Source: Chlamydiota bacterium (lineage in GTDB: Bacteria; Chlamydiota; Chlamydiia; Chlamydiales; SM23-39). Taken from it: a DNA stretch of 64,000 nucleotides. Below the pieces are notes generated by a model. It was not told where the DNA came from and made no database searches. It worked only from the letters and a program-made list of their open reading frames with translations. The position numbers and the translations under genes were made by a program. The stretch is taken from contig JBEHXF010000001.1 in the NCBI GenBank assembly GCA_048498835.1, forward strand, positions 32,001-96,000. Direction: 5' to 3'. Positions 1-8,679 of the stretch are shown piece after piece. Position 1 is the stretch's first letter. Each line of letters begins with the position of its first letter.

Positions 1-46
1 GCTTCCACTTGCAGAACAATTCGGAGCAAAATATGGTGCCGATTAT

Positions 47-1318
47 ATGGCCCGAGCACCGATCCGAGTGGCCACCGTCATTTTAGCCGGTGGACAAGGA
101 ACACGATTACATCCTCTCACCATCCACCATTCCAAGCCCGCCGTTTGCTATGGAGGTCGCTATCGCTTAATCGATATTCCCATTTCTAACTCGATCAATT
201 CCGATTTTCGGCAAATTTTCGTCATTGCGCAATACCTCGCAGGGGAATTGCAACAATACATTGGAGAGACTTATCGCTTCGATCCCTTTCATAATGGTTC
301 CATCGATGTGTTGACCCCTCATGAAAATAGCCAAGGCGAAAAAGAGTGGTTTAAGGGAACTGCGGATGCGGTGAGGAAAAGCCTTACCCAAATTCTCAAA
401 TCCCCAGCCGATCTTTTCCTCATCCTCTCTGGTGATCAGCTCTATAACATCAACTTTCAATCAATGGTTGATTTTGCCCTAAAATCAAATGCCGATTTGA
501 CCATCGCCTCAATCCCAGTCCACGGAAAAGAAGCGACGAGGATGGGCCTTTTAAAAGTCGATTCCGAAGGGAAAGTTCTCGACTTTGTGGAAAAGCCTAA
601 AGAGGCAGAAACTTTACAACGCTTTGCTCTCGATCCACAATTTTTTAAAGATGCCAATATCACCCCACCGAAACACATCTCTTATCTCGGCTCAATGGGA
701 ATCTATGTTTTCAAACGGGAAGCTCTCATCACTCTTCTGAATCAAGATCAACGAGACGATTTTGGCCACCATCTCATTACAACGGCGGTAAAACAGGGGA
801 AAACCTATTCCTATATCTATCATGGTTATTGGGAAGACATTGGAACCATCGCTTCTTACTATGAAGCCAATTTAATGCTCACTCGTGCTTCTTGCAACCT
901 CGATACCTACGATGAGACAAATCCCATCTATGCCCGCCCAAGTTCCCTCCCAGGCCTACGCATTGAAAGCGCAAAAATCACCGCATCGATCATTTGTGAA
1001 GGATCCATTATTGAAGCTGCTGAAATTTCACATTCTGTAATCGGTCTTCGATCCCACATCAAAAAGGGGACGATCATCCGAGATTCGGTCCTCATGGGAA
1101 ATCAAACTTATACCGCTCACACCTCAGATGAATTTAGCATCGGAGAAAATTGTCTCATTGAAAAAGCGATCATCGATGAGCATGTCCGAATCGGTAATCA
1201 CGTCAAACTTACGAACGAAAAAAAACTCGATCGTTTTGAAGGAAATGGCCTCTACATCCGGGATGGGATCATCATCGTGACTGCGGGAACCGTCATCCCC
1301 GACCATTTTGTTTTGTAA
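47..1318 (+). CDS. glgC: Glucose-1-phosphate adenylyltransferase (ADP-glucose pyrophosphorylase)
   Basis: Motifs ILAGGQGTRLHPLT, KPAV..GGRYRLIDIPISN, WFKGTADAV, ILSGDQLY, FVEKP, SMGIYVF and YWEDIGT; C-terminal beta-helix repeats. Confidence 0.96.
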   Translation: MARAPIRVATVILAGGQGTRLHPLTIHHSKPAVCYGGRYRLIDIPISNSINSDFRQIFVIAQYLAGELQQYIGETYRFDPFHNGSIDVLTPHENSQGEKEWFKGTADAVRKSLTQILKSPADLFLILSGDQLYNINFQSMVDFALKSNADLTIASIPVHGKEATRMGLLKVDSEGKVLDFVEKPKEAETLQRFALDPQFFKDANITPPKHISYLGSMGIYVFKREALITLLNQDQRDDFGHHLITTAVKQGKTYSYIYHGYWEDIGTIASYYEANLMLTRASCNLDTYDETNPIYARPSSLPGLRIESAKITASIICEGSIIEAAEISHSVIGLRSHIKKGTIIRDSVLMGNQTYTAHTSDEFSIGENCLIEKAIIDEHVRIGNHVKLTNEKKLDRFEGNGLYIRDGIIIVTAGTVIPDHFVL

Positions 1319-1348
1319 AAACCTCTCCAATCTTCTATCATCCATCTC

Positions 1349-2095
1349 ATGCGCATCTGGACCATTGCAGATCTCCATCTCAGTTTTGGCGTAGCAAATA
1401 AAAGCATGGATTATTTTGGCCCAGCTTGGGTTGGCCACGCTGAAAAAATTGCGTCCAATTGGCGCTCCTTAGTCGCCCCTGAAGATCTCGTTCTAATCCC
1501 AGGCGATATTTCCTGGGCTCTCAAACTCGAAGATGCTGTCCCCGATCTTCTCTGGATCCACGATCTCCCAGGCACCAAAGTGATGATCAAAGGAAACCAT
1601 GATTATTGGTGGGGATCCCTCAGCAAAATAGCAAAAGTTCTGCCCCCTTCGATCCATCTGATTCAAAATAATGTATTCAATTGGAGAGAAGCGACAATCG
1701 GAGGCGCTCGTCTTTGGGATACTCCCGAATATTCTTTTGGCTCATTCGTCGAATACAGAGAAAACCCCCGGGAGAAAAAGAAAGAAGAGGCAATTCAAGA
1801 AGATCTGTCTGAAACAATTTTTGAAAGGGAATTGCAAAGACTCGATATGAGTTTAAAACAACTCAGGCCCGATGCGAAGATTCGGCTCGCGATGACCCAT
1901 TATCCACCGATCGGGCCCGATCTTAAGCCTTCTCGCGCATCTGCTATCTTGGAACAATACAACGTCGACATCTGTGTTTTCGGTCATCTTCACAACTTAA
2001 AACCCAGTTACACATTTAACGGGGAATTAAATGGCGTCCGCTACATTCTTGCAGCTTGCGATTATACCCGCTTTCAACTTGTCCCCTTAACCTGA
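1349..2095 (+). CDS. Calcineurin-like metallophosphoesterase
   Basis: Metallophosphoesterase motifs ADLHL, PGDISW, KGNHDYW, THYPP and FGHLH. Confidence 0.9.
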   Translation: MRIWTIADLHLSFGVANKSMDYFGPAWVGHAEKIASNWRSLVAPEDLVLIPGDISWALKLEDAVPDLLWIHDLPGTKVMIKGNHDYWWGSLSKIAKVLPPSIHLIQNNVFNWREATIGGARLWDTPEYSFGSFVEYRENPREKKKEEAIQEDLSETIFERELQRLDMSLKQLRPDAKIRLAMTHYPPIGPDLKPSRASAILEQYNVDICVFGHLHNLKPSYTFNGELNGVRYILAACDYTRFQLVPLT

Positions 2096-3049
2096 GACAA
2101 TCTCTAGCAGTTTTTTGATATCTGAATCAGACGGTTTTAGTTCGTGAGTTTTGGGTTTGCGCTGTTTTTTGATCATCAACACAGCCTGCTCCAAATCATC
2201 GCAATCGAGGCGGCGATAATAGTCCGCTGTCATTTCCATCACTTCTTGCAATTCATCTTCATGTCTGACTTGAGGAAGAATTTTTTGCATCGCGATGCGG
2301 AAGGGGTCCATCTCTCCCGATCCAATCAGAAAACGGAGTACATCAAACAAAAAATCGAGACTTGGATTTTTAGCCAGTAACCCCTTCACTTGTCGATTTG
2401 CTTCACCGACATTCGTAAAGCTGATCAAGCGCGCTCGCAGTAATTTAAACCATTCGGTCTCTTCTAAAAAAGGTTCAAATTGTTCGATTAATTCAGAAGC
2501 ATAGCCGGTATTACTCTCATCGAGCAAATCGGAGATGTAGTCATACAGAAAACTCTCCAGATCATGAGCGCAATAATTTGAAAGAGTCGCAAATGCCTTC
2601 TTGGGGTTCATCCCTGCATCGACATGTTCTTCCAATACATCGGCCAAATTCGAGAGTCCATCTTGAATCGGCTCATCGCTTTCCAATTGATCGGTCTCGT
2701 AGAGATCGATCTGGTGGTCTAGTTCATCGCAGAAAACAGAAGGGGAGAGCCGCTCAGGTAAGAACCGTCTCCATAGCTCAAATACAATTAAATAAATCTG
2801 GTCTGCTTCTTTAGAATCAGTCCCTTCAGCGACCAATAGATCCAACAGCTCCTCAGGAGAATCGGTTTCCTCTGCATACTGGATAAAAGAACTTCGATCG
2901 AGAGCAATTCCCTTTTTCGCAAGCCGCTTCCAAAGATCAGCCGGGTCGGCTGTGCGTAAATCCTCAAGCGCCCAACGTTCAGCTTTCACTGAACGATCTT
3001 CACGCGCATTGATCCGAAGAAGATTATAAAGAGCTTTAGTTTCGAGCAT
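2087..3049 (-). CDS. Hypothetical acidic protein (probably conserved in chlamydiae)
   Basis: Long open frame, predicted helical and acidic. ATG 3049 (MLETKALYNLL) preferred over the ORF-finder start at 3088. Confidence 0.7.
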   Translation of the reverse strand: MLETKALYNLLRINAREDRSVKAERWALEDLRTADPADLWKRLAKKGIALDRSSFIQYAEETDSPEELLDLLVAEGTDSKEADQIYLIVFELWRRFLPERLSPSVFCDELDHQIDLYETDQLESDEPIQDGLSNLADVLEEHVDAGMNPKKAFATLSNYCAHDLESFLYDYISDLLDESNTGYASELIEQFEPFLEETEWFKLLRARLISFTNVGEANRQVKGLLAKNPSLDFLFDVLRFLIGSGEMDPFRIAMQKILPQVRHEDELQEVMEMTADYYRRLDCDDLEQAVLMIKKQRKPKTHELKPSDSDIKKLLEIVSG

Positions 3050-3115
3050 AGTCCCAGAGATTTTACAACAAATTTGAATGAAGGTCAATTTCCCAAATAT
3101 GTTAAATTAGTACCC

Positions 3116-3553
3116 ATGAAAAAACGACCGGCCCTGCTTTTAGAAGTTCTCCTTGCCATGACGATTTTGGCCCTCTCAGTAGGAGCGCTCATGCGCCAAC
3201 CAGTCCTTCTCCATCGGGCAGAAGTCTCTCTCCTAGAAAGGATTGAGTGCGATCGGATCGCTGCTTGGACGTATACAGAGATTCGAGAAAAATTTTTAAA
3301 GAACCAAATCCCCTGGTCCCAGATCCCCACTCTTAAAGCCAAAAGCAAGCCCATCTCCCTGCCTGAAGTCAATTTCCAGGTACCTTCTCTCTTCTCCCGT
3401 TCTGTAAAACGGCTTTACACTCTCGAAACTCTCCGAGAAAAACAAGACAAAGAAGGGCAAACGATCCGGCTGGTCACCATTCATATCGAAATTGGCACCG
3501 GAGCTAAAAAGCGGCAGTTTTCCTATCAAGTCAATGTGATAAAACAGACCTAG
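3116..3553 (+). CDS. Prepilin/pseudopilin-like protein (type II secretion minor pseudopilin-like)
   Basis: N-terminus MKKRPA-LLLEVLLAMTIL is a basic leader followed by a hydrophobic helix with Glu at +5, as in class III signal peptides. Confidence 0.65.
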   Translation: MKKRPALLLEVLLAMTILALSVGALMRQPVLLHRAEVSLLERIECDRIAAWTYTEIREKFLKNQIPWSQIPTLKAKSKPISLPEVNFQVPSLFSRSVKRLYTLETLREKQDKEGQTIRLVTIHIEIGTGAKKRQFSYQVNVIKQT

Positions 3554-3601
3554 ACAGATTATTCTTCCTGGGGCATGTAGGGGATAAAAGACCGGAGTCC
3601 C

Positions 3602-5455
3602 ATGTCTCACGATTCCTTCCACCCCCACATCCCTGCAAGTACTCATGTAAAGGAATTTTCACCTCGAGCGACAATCTTAGGGCTGCTCTTCGGGTTCTTT
3701 TTCGCCGTTGCAAATGCCTACCTCGCCCTAAAACTCGGCACCACCGTCTCAGCCTCCATTCCCGCCGCTATTCTTTCCATGGGTCTGCTCAGACTGCTCT
3801 TTCGCAATGCGACCATTCTAGAAAACAACATTGTCCAAACGATCGCTACAGTCGGAGAAGGGCTTGCCGCTGGGGTCATCTTCACCATTCCCGCACTCAT
3901 TCTGTTAGGCGATTCTCCCTCAATCAGCCGCATTTTCCTCCTCTCAGCCACCGGAGGAGTACTCGGCATTCTCCTCATGATCCCGATGCGCCGCTTCATC
4001 ATTGTCCAAGAACATAAAAAACTCCCCTTTCCCGAAGGGACTGCTTGCGCCGAAATCCTCAAAGCAGGGGAGAAGAGTGGCGAGAGTGCGATCATGGGAC
4101 TTTGGGGCCTCATCGCCGGCGCTGTCTACAAAATTTTCTCCAACGCTCTCTTCGCATGGAAAGAGGTTGCAACTTGGAGCTCCTCATTTTTCAAAGCCGA
4201 GTTTTCGATCGATGCTACACCCGCACTTCTCGGAGTTGGATACATCATTGGCCCCCATATCTCAGCCTATATGTTCGCGGGAGGCGTCATTGCTTGGTGG
4301 GTCATCATCCCTCTGATCAGCGTATTTGGCATCGGCCCTGTAATGATCTACCCATCTGAAACGATTATCTCTCAAATGAGTGCAGATGACATCTGGAGCA
4401 ATTATGTCCGCTACATTGGAGCTGGCGCCCTAACTGTTGGCGGCCTCCTCAGCCTAATTAAAATCATTCCTCTTCTTTTCAAAACCATCCATCACAGTGT
4501 AAAAGAACTATTTACTAGCTTTTGGAAACCGAGCCGACAGATCCGAACAGAACACGATATTTCCATGGCCTGGCTTATTTTAGGATCATTGGCCATCATT
4601 CTGTTCCTCTGGCTTTTTCCTGGCTTTCCAATGAACTTTACCACCATCGTCCTACTTGTCATCCTCAGCTTCTTTTTTGTAGCTGTCACTTCCTTCACCG
4701 TCGGCCTTGTCGGTTCAACCTCAAATCCCGTATCCGGGATGACCATTACCACTCTCCTCGTCACCTGCGTGATCTTCGTTCTCCTCGGCTGGACTGAGCG
4801 AATCTACCTCATTTCCGCCATGACAATGGGCTGTGTCGCATGCTGTGCAATTTGCCTTGCTGGAACCACCGCTCAAGACTTGAAAACGGGCTACCTCCTT
4901 GGCGCCACCCCGCGCAAACAGCAGTTGGCGGAGCTTCTTGGGATCCTCATTCCCTCGCTCGCCCTCGGTTATACTCTTTATATTCTCAACCGCGCCTATG
5001 GAATCGGCTCAAGCGTCATGCCAGCCCCTCAAGCTACCCTCCTCTCTATGATCGCCAAAGGCGTCATCAGCGGAGACCTACCCTATATTTTAGTTGGCGT
5101 GGGAGCGATGATCGGCCTTGCCATGGCCCTCCTACGCGTTCCCGTTCTTCCCTTTGCCCTCGGTCTTTATTTGCCCCTATCCCTCAGCGCTGCTACAATG
5201 GTCGGCGGACTCGTGAGAGCCTACGTCAACCACCGCAGTTCTTCGGAGCTCGTGCAAGAACGAGGCACCCTCTTCTCATCGGGTCTTATTGGAGGAGATG
5301 CGTGCATCGGTATTTTTATCGCCTTGTTGACTATCTTGGGTTACATCCCCGTCGACGCTCCCACATGGCTATCCGACTGGGCCAGCCTAGCGACCTATCT
5401 CCTTCTCGCTCTGAGCCTCACCACCTTTACCCTCAAAAAAGGACGTTCTTCCTAA
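3602..5455 (+). CDS. OPT family oligopeptide transporter
   Basis: Motifs NAYLALKLGTTVSASIPAA, ENNIVQT, LPFPEGTACAEIL, SNPVSGMTI, QDLKTGYLLGATPRKQQ and PAPQA; many transmembrane segments. Confidence 0.93.
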   Translation: MSHDSFHPHIPASTHVKEFSPRATILGLLFGFFFAVANAYLALKLGTTVSASIPAAILSMGLLRLLFRNATILENNIVQTIATVGEGLAAGVIFTIPALILLGDSPSISRIFLLSATGGVLGILLMIPMRRFIIVQEHKKLPFPEGTACAEILKAGEKSGESAIMGLWGLIAGAVYKIFSNALFAWKEVATWSSSFFKAEFSIDATPALLGVGYIIGPHISAYMFAGGVIAWWVIIPLISVFGIGPVMIYPSETIISQMSADDIWSNYVRYIGAGALTVGGLLSLIKIIPLLFKTIHHSVKELFTSFWKPSRQIRTEHDISMAWLILGSLAIILFLWLFPGFPMNFTTIVLLVILSFFFVAVTSFTVGLVGSTSNPVSGMTITTLLVTCVIFVLLGWTERIYLISAMTMGCVACCAICLAGTTAQDLKTGYLLGATPRKQQLAELLGILIPSLALGYTLYILNRAYGIGSSVMPAPQATLLSMIAKGVISGDLPYILVGVGAMIGLAMALLRVPVLPFALGLYLPLSLSAATMVGGLVRAYVNHRSSSELVQERGTLFSSGLIGGDACIGIFIALLTILGYIPVDAPTWLSDWASLATYLLLALSLTTFTLKKGRSS

Positions 5456-6075
5456 TCGAGATCGTGATCGCTCTCGGTCTAGCTGCCGTCCTATTAACAG
5501 TCGTTTTCCAATTTCTCCTCTCCAACGCTCGCTTCGAAGTTGGCCTGGAAAAAGCCCAAGCGACTCTCCGCGAACAAGAACGGCTCCGCGAACGGATCGA
5601 TTCTCTACTCACTTCCATTCAACCGCCTTTGGAAGGCCCCAGTTTCTACACCCTTCAATTCCCCGAAGAAAAACACCTCAGCCTCATCGCTTCTTTTGAC
5701 GCTGGAATCGATCCTGATCCCGCCTATAGCGGTCGCAATACAGCTCGTCTCTTCATCGACCAAGACAACCAATTCTGCATCACCCAATGGCCTTTAGAAA
5801 AAACAAGCCACCGAACAGAAGTACTCCTCCAAGACATCCGCGCCATCGAATGGGAATTTCTAGGCCATAATTACCTCAAAGACCCCCATGCCAAACAAAT
5901 CGCAGGGACTTGGTGCTGGCTGAAAAGTTGGCCGAAAAATCAAACCGGCCTCCCATCGATTGTCCGATTGCACCTTTGGCAAGGCGTTGACAAAAAAAAA
6001 CAAAGAGAGCCCAATTTACAAATTGCGTTTATATTAACCAATCAAGAGCCTCTTAAGATTATTAAGGAATCATGA
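5365..6075 (+). CDS. Prepilin/pseudopilin-like protein (GspJ-like position)
   Basis: KRT-FFLIEIVIALGLAAVLL is a type IV pilin-type N-terminal motif. The nearest upstream in-frame ATG is 5365, inside the OPT gene, so the start is uncertain. Confidence 0.65.
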   Translation: MAIRLGQPSDLSPSRSEPHHLYPQKRTFFLIEIVIALGLAAVLLTVVFQFLLSNARFEVGLEKAQATLREQERLRERIDSLLTSIQPPLEGPSFYTLQFPEEKHLSLIASFDAGIDPDPAYSGRNTARLFIDQDNQFCITQWPLEKTSHRTEVLLQDIRAIEWEFLGHNYLKDPHAKQIAGTWCWLKSWPKNQTGLPSIVRLHLWQGVDKKKQREPNLQIAFILTNQEPLKIIKES

Positions 6076-6947
6076 ATATCCTGGCCTTTATCCTAGCCAT
6101 TCTCTTGATCCTCTCTTACAGCACGTTTGCGCAATTCCAAAAGCACCTCAGCTCTCGGCGCTCGCAAACAGCCTACATCGGCCTGCGCAAAGCCGAACGG
6201 AGCCTCCTACGACAAAGCGAAGCAAAAACCTTCCGCGACACCCCCGGCACCATCATCAAACCGCTCAAACATAAAGCCGCCACACCAAAAGAAAAAAAAG
6301 CTGCCCGCTACCCAGCCATTAATCCGCCCTGTTGTCGCCTGAATCTCTTCCCCCTCCTCATCGATGGCAAAGAAAATCACCCAGCTCGCTATGAACTGGC
6401 GGCAAAGCTCCTCCGCACCTTCTACCCGGCAGAATTTAAAAAGAAAGGATTTGAATATCACTTACTCGATTCACTCATCGAATCGGGCAAACTCGCCCTA
6501 AAAGAACAAGATACTCTCCCACTCGAAACCATCTCCCTAAACGATCCCGAACTTCAGCCGCTCTACTATCAACTCCTAAAAGGGACCAAACACGCCGATC
6601 TCTTTACCGCCAAAGGAGCTCCACCCCTCATCGACTACTTTAAAATCGACCGCGCCGTCGAACCCATCTGCCTCTTTCACGCCCATCCCCATATGCTCAC
6701 CCCATTCTTCGGCGTCAAACCAACACCAGCTCTCTACCAAAAGCTCCACCAAGAAGTGAAAAGCGGCATCGAGCTCGAAGCCCTCCTCTTTCTCGCCAAC
6801 AACCCGCAGCTCTCCCTCATCGATCCAGCCATCTGGGAACTTCTCGATCTCAAGCGCCCCTCCCACGGTCGCCCCTCCCAAGAAACTCTGATCGCCGAGG
6901 ACAAAACAACCGGCATCTCGATCCGAAAAAACATCACGAAAAGCTAA
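6072..6947 (+). CDS. Membrane-anchored hypothetical protein (possibly GspK-like)
   Basis: N-terminal hydrophobic helix MNILAFILAILLILSY; ATGA overlap with the upstream pseudopilin-like gene; SD sequence AAGGA. Confidence 0.55.
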   Translation: MNILAFILAILLILSYSTFAQFQKHLSSRRSQTAYIGLRKAERSLLRQSEAKTFRDTPGTIIKPLKHKAATPKEKKAARYPAINPPCCRLNLFPLLIDGKENHPARYELAAKLLRTFYPAEFKKKGFEYHLLDSLIESGKLALKEQDTLPLETISLNDPELQPLYYQLLKGTKHADLFTAKGAPPLIDYFKIDRAVEPICLFHAHPHMLTPFFGVKPTPALYQKLHQEVKSGIELEALLFLANNPQLSLIDPAIWELLDLKRPSHGRPSQETLIAEDKTTGISIRKNITKS

Positions 6948-7950
6948 CGTCATTGACTTGACGATAGACCTGCTCTGCAGTCGGCCTATCTTTGGGATTA
7001 TTTTGAACTAAAGAGATAATCAATCGGCTCTCATCCGATTGACTCGCATAACAATCAGACCACAACTCAGACATTTTCCCACCTAGTAATTCGTATGCAC
7101 ATGGAGGTTGTTTCTCATAAAAAAGAAAATAGAGAAAATAGCCCGCTCTAAATAGATCGACTTTAGGAGTCATTTGCTCTTTGAGCTTATCGTCGATTTT
7201 AAAATCTTCATCGCTTTTTCTATAATGATCGCCAGCTTCTCGGTAGACAGCTAACCATTCAGGAACCGCGACTTCCCAATACATATCTTCTGTCCAAATC
7301 TCGTCCAGATGGCACGCCATCTCAAAATCGATCACCTTTAACGATCCACTCTCATCAAAAACCAGATTCCTCGTATGTAAGTCGCGATGAATGACCCCCG
7401 CATCACCCAGCTCTTTTATAATTCCCAAAAGTTGTCGAGCGACATCCCATTTTTTTGCCCGTTCCATCGAGATTTGATCTTCAACTGTACCTCTCCTTGC
7501 CCACTCTTCAACGAGGTAACATTTCTTGTCTGTCTCCAGATAAAACGCCATTTGGATCACGCCCTTTACACCAGTTAAACGAGTCAATTGATCCCGTTCA
7601 TTTCGGATTCGCTGGGTCACATCAGCCTCTTCTTTTGAACAAGAAACTAGCGCAAAACGCTTCCCATCGTCTAAATCAATGGCAAACTTCACCTTTCGAT
7701 GAATCCCTTGTCCAATCTTCACATCTCGTTTGTCTTTCAAATTTGTGATTGCAAATTGCCGTTTTTTTCCATCTACACCCTTGCCCACCAAAACCGATCG
7801 GAAAAGATCTTCCGTTTTGCGGCTAATTTTGGTTCCCTTTTCCCAATCGTTTACACGATGGGCTGCTGAAATCATTTTCTCAATCTCCGCTTCGGAAACA
7901 ATTCCGACAACGCAATTCACAAAAGAATGCTTAATTGGCGCAATACTCAT
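6934..7950 (-). CDS. Hanks-type Ser/Thr protein kinase-like protein (atypical)
   Basis: IGQGIHRKV Gly-rich loop, VIHRDLHTRN catalytic loop, KVIDFE, VPEW, KVDLFRAG and NPKDRPTA. Confidence 0.85.
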   Translation of the reverse strand: MSIAPIKHSFVNCVVGIVSEAEIEKMISAAHRVNDWEKGTKISRKTEDLFRSVLVGKGVDGKKRQFAITNLKDKRDVKIGQGIHRKVKFAIDLDDGKRFALVSCSKEEADVTQRIRNERDQLTRLTGVKGVIQMAFYLETDKKCYLVEEWARRGTVEDQISMERAKKWDVARQLLGIIKELGDAGVIHRDLHTRNLVFDESGSLKVIDFEMACHLDEIWTEDMYWEVAVPEWLAVYREAGDHYRKSDEDFKIDDKLKEQMTPKVDLFRAGYFLYFLFYEKQPPCAYELLGGKMSELWSDCYASQSDESRLIISLVQNNPKDRPTAEQVYRQVNDVSFS

Positions 7951-8677
7951 TGAATATCTCTAATGCTCGTTCTGCAGAGATTCTCTTCTTTGGATCTTTT
8001 TGCAAAAGTCCATAAATCAGCCCATTGATCAGAGGACCTTCAGCAGAACATTTTTCCCAAACCGCATTCCAATCGGCTTCCGTAATCACTTCTCTTTTAT
8101 CACCTAAGTATCCGTCCATCCAGATCGAACCTTCTCCGTAATATAGTCGATAAAGAGAGCAGCCGAGCATAAACAGATCGGTCTCTTGTGTAAGAATAGG
8201 TGCATCTCTTTCATTCTTTCCTAAATTGGCTTCAACAATTTCAGGAGCAAGATAAGAATATTCAAACCATTCACGCGTTCCAGGTTTCACCCGACAAAGC
8301 GTGACAATAGGCACCGGTCTCTCTTTTGGTTTCTTCAGAGGAGTGTCCGGGCCTGCTATCAGCTGTTGAAAATCGATTACCGTACTCGTTAATTCCATTT
8401 CTTTTGATTCTTCTAACTCTTCTTGATAAGTCAGAACAATGCATCGAGGATGAATCTCTCCTAAATGCTTTCCTTCCTCATGGATAGCTCGGGCACTTTC
8501 TATAATTTTTTTTGCGACAAAATTTTTAAAAGAATCTTTCAAGCGATCGCGACGCAATACATCTTGTAACGTGCGCTTTCCAACTTCAGAAGTTTTTAAA
8601 AGCTGAGATTGTCTCTCGTGCTTTTCCTGCACAAAAAGATCCAAATCATAAGAACGCGAAACAGCAGAGATCGCCAT
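7931..8677 (-). CDS. Protein kinase C-lobe-like protein (pseudokinase)
   Basis: YLAPE, TDLFMLGCSLY and GLLQKDPKKRISA match subdomains VIII-XI. The catalytic loop is degenerate (HLGEIHPRCI) and there is no Gly-rich loop. Confidence 0.65.
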   Translation of the reverse strand: MAISAVSRSYDLDLFVQEKHERQSQLLKTSEVGKRTLQDVLRRDRLKDSFKNFVAKKIIESARAIHEEGKHLGEIHPRCIVLTYQEELEESKEMELTSTVIDFQQLIAGPDTPLKKPKERPVPIVTLCRVKPGTREWFEYSYLAPEIVEANLGKNERDAPILTQETDLFMLGCSLYRLYYGEGSIWMDGYLGDKREVITEADWNAVWEKCSAEGPLINGLIYGLLQKDPKKRISAERALEIFNEYCAN

Positions 8678-8679
8678 TG

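Noticed and set aside
4840..5364. N-terminal 175 codons of the 411-aa ORF 4840..6075
   Set aside because: This is an alternative frame inside the OPT gene, Arg/Pro/His-rich and unlike a real protein. Only the part from about 5365 looks real.
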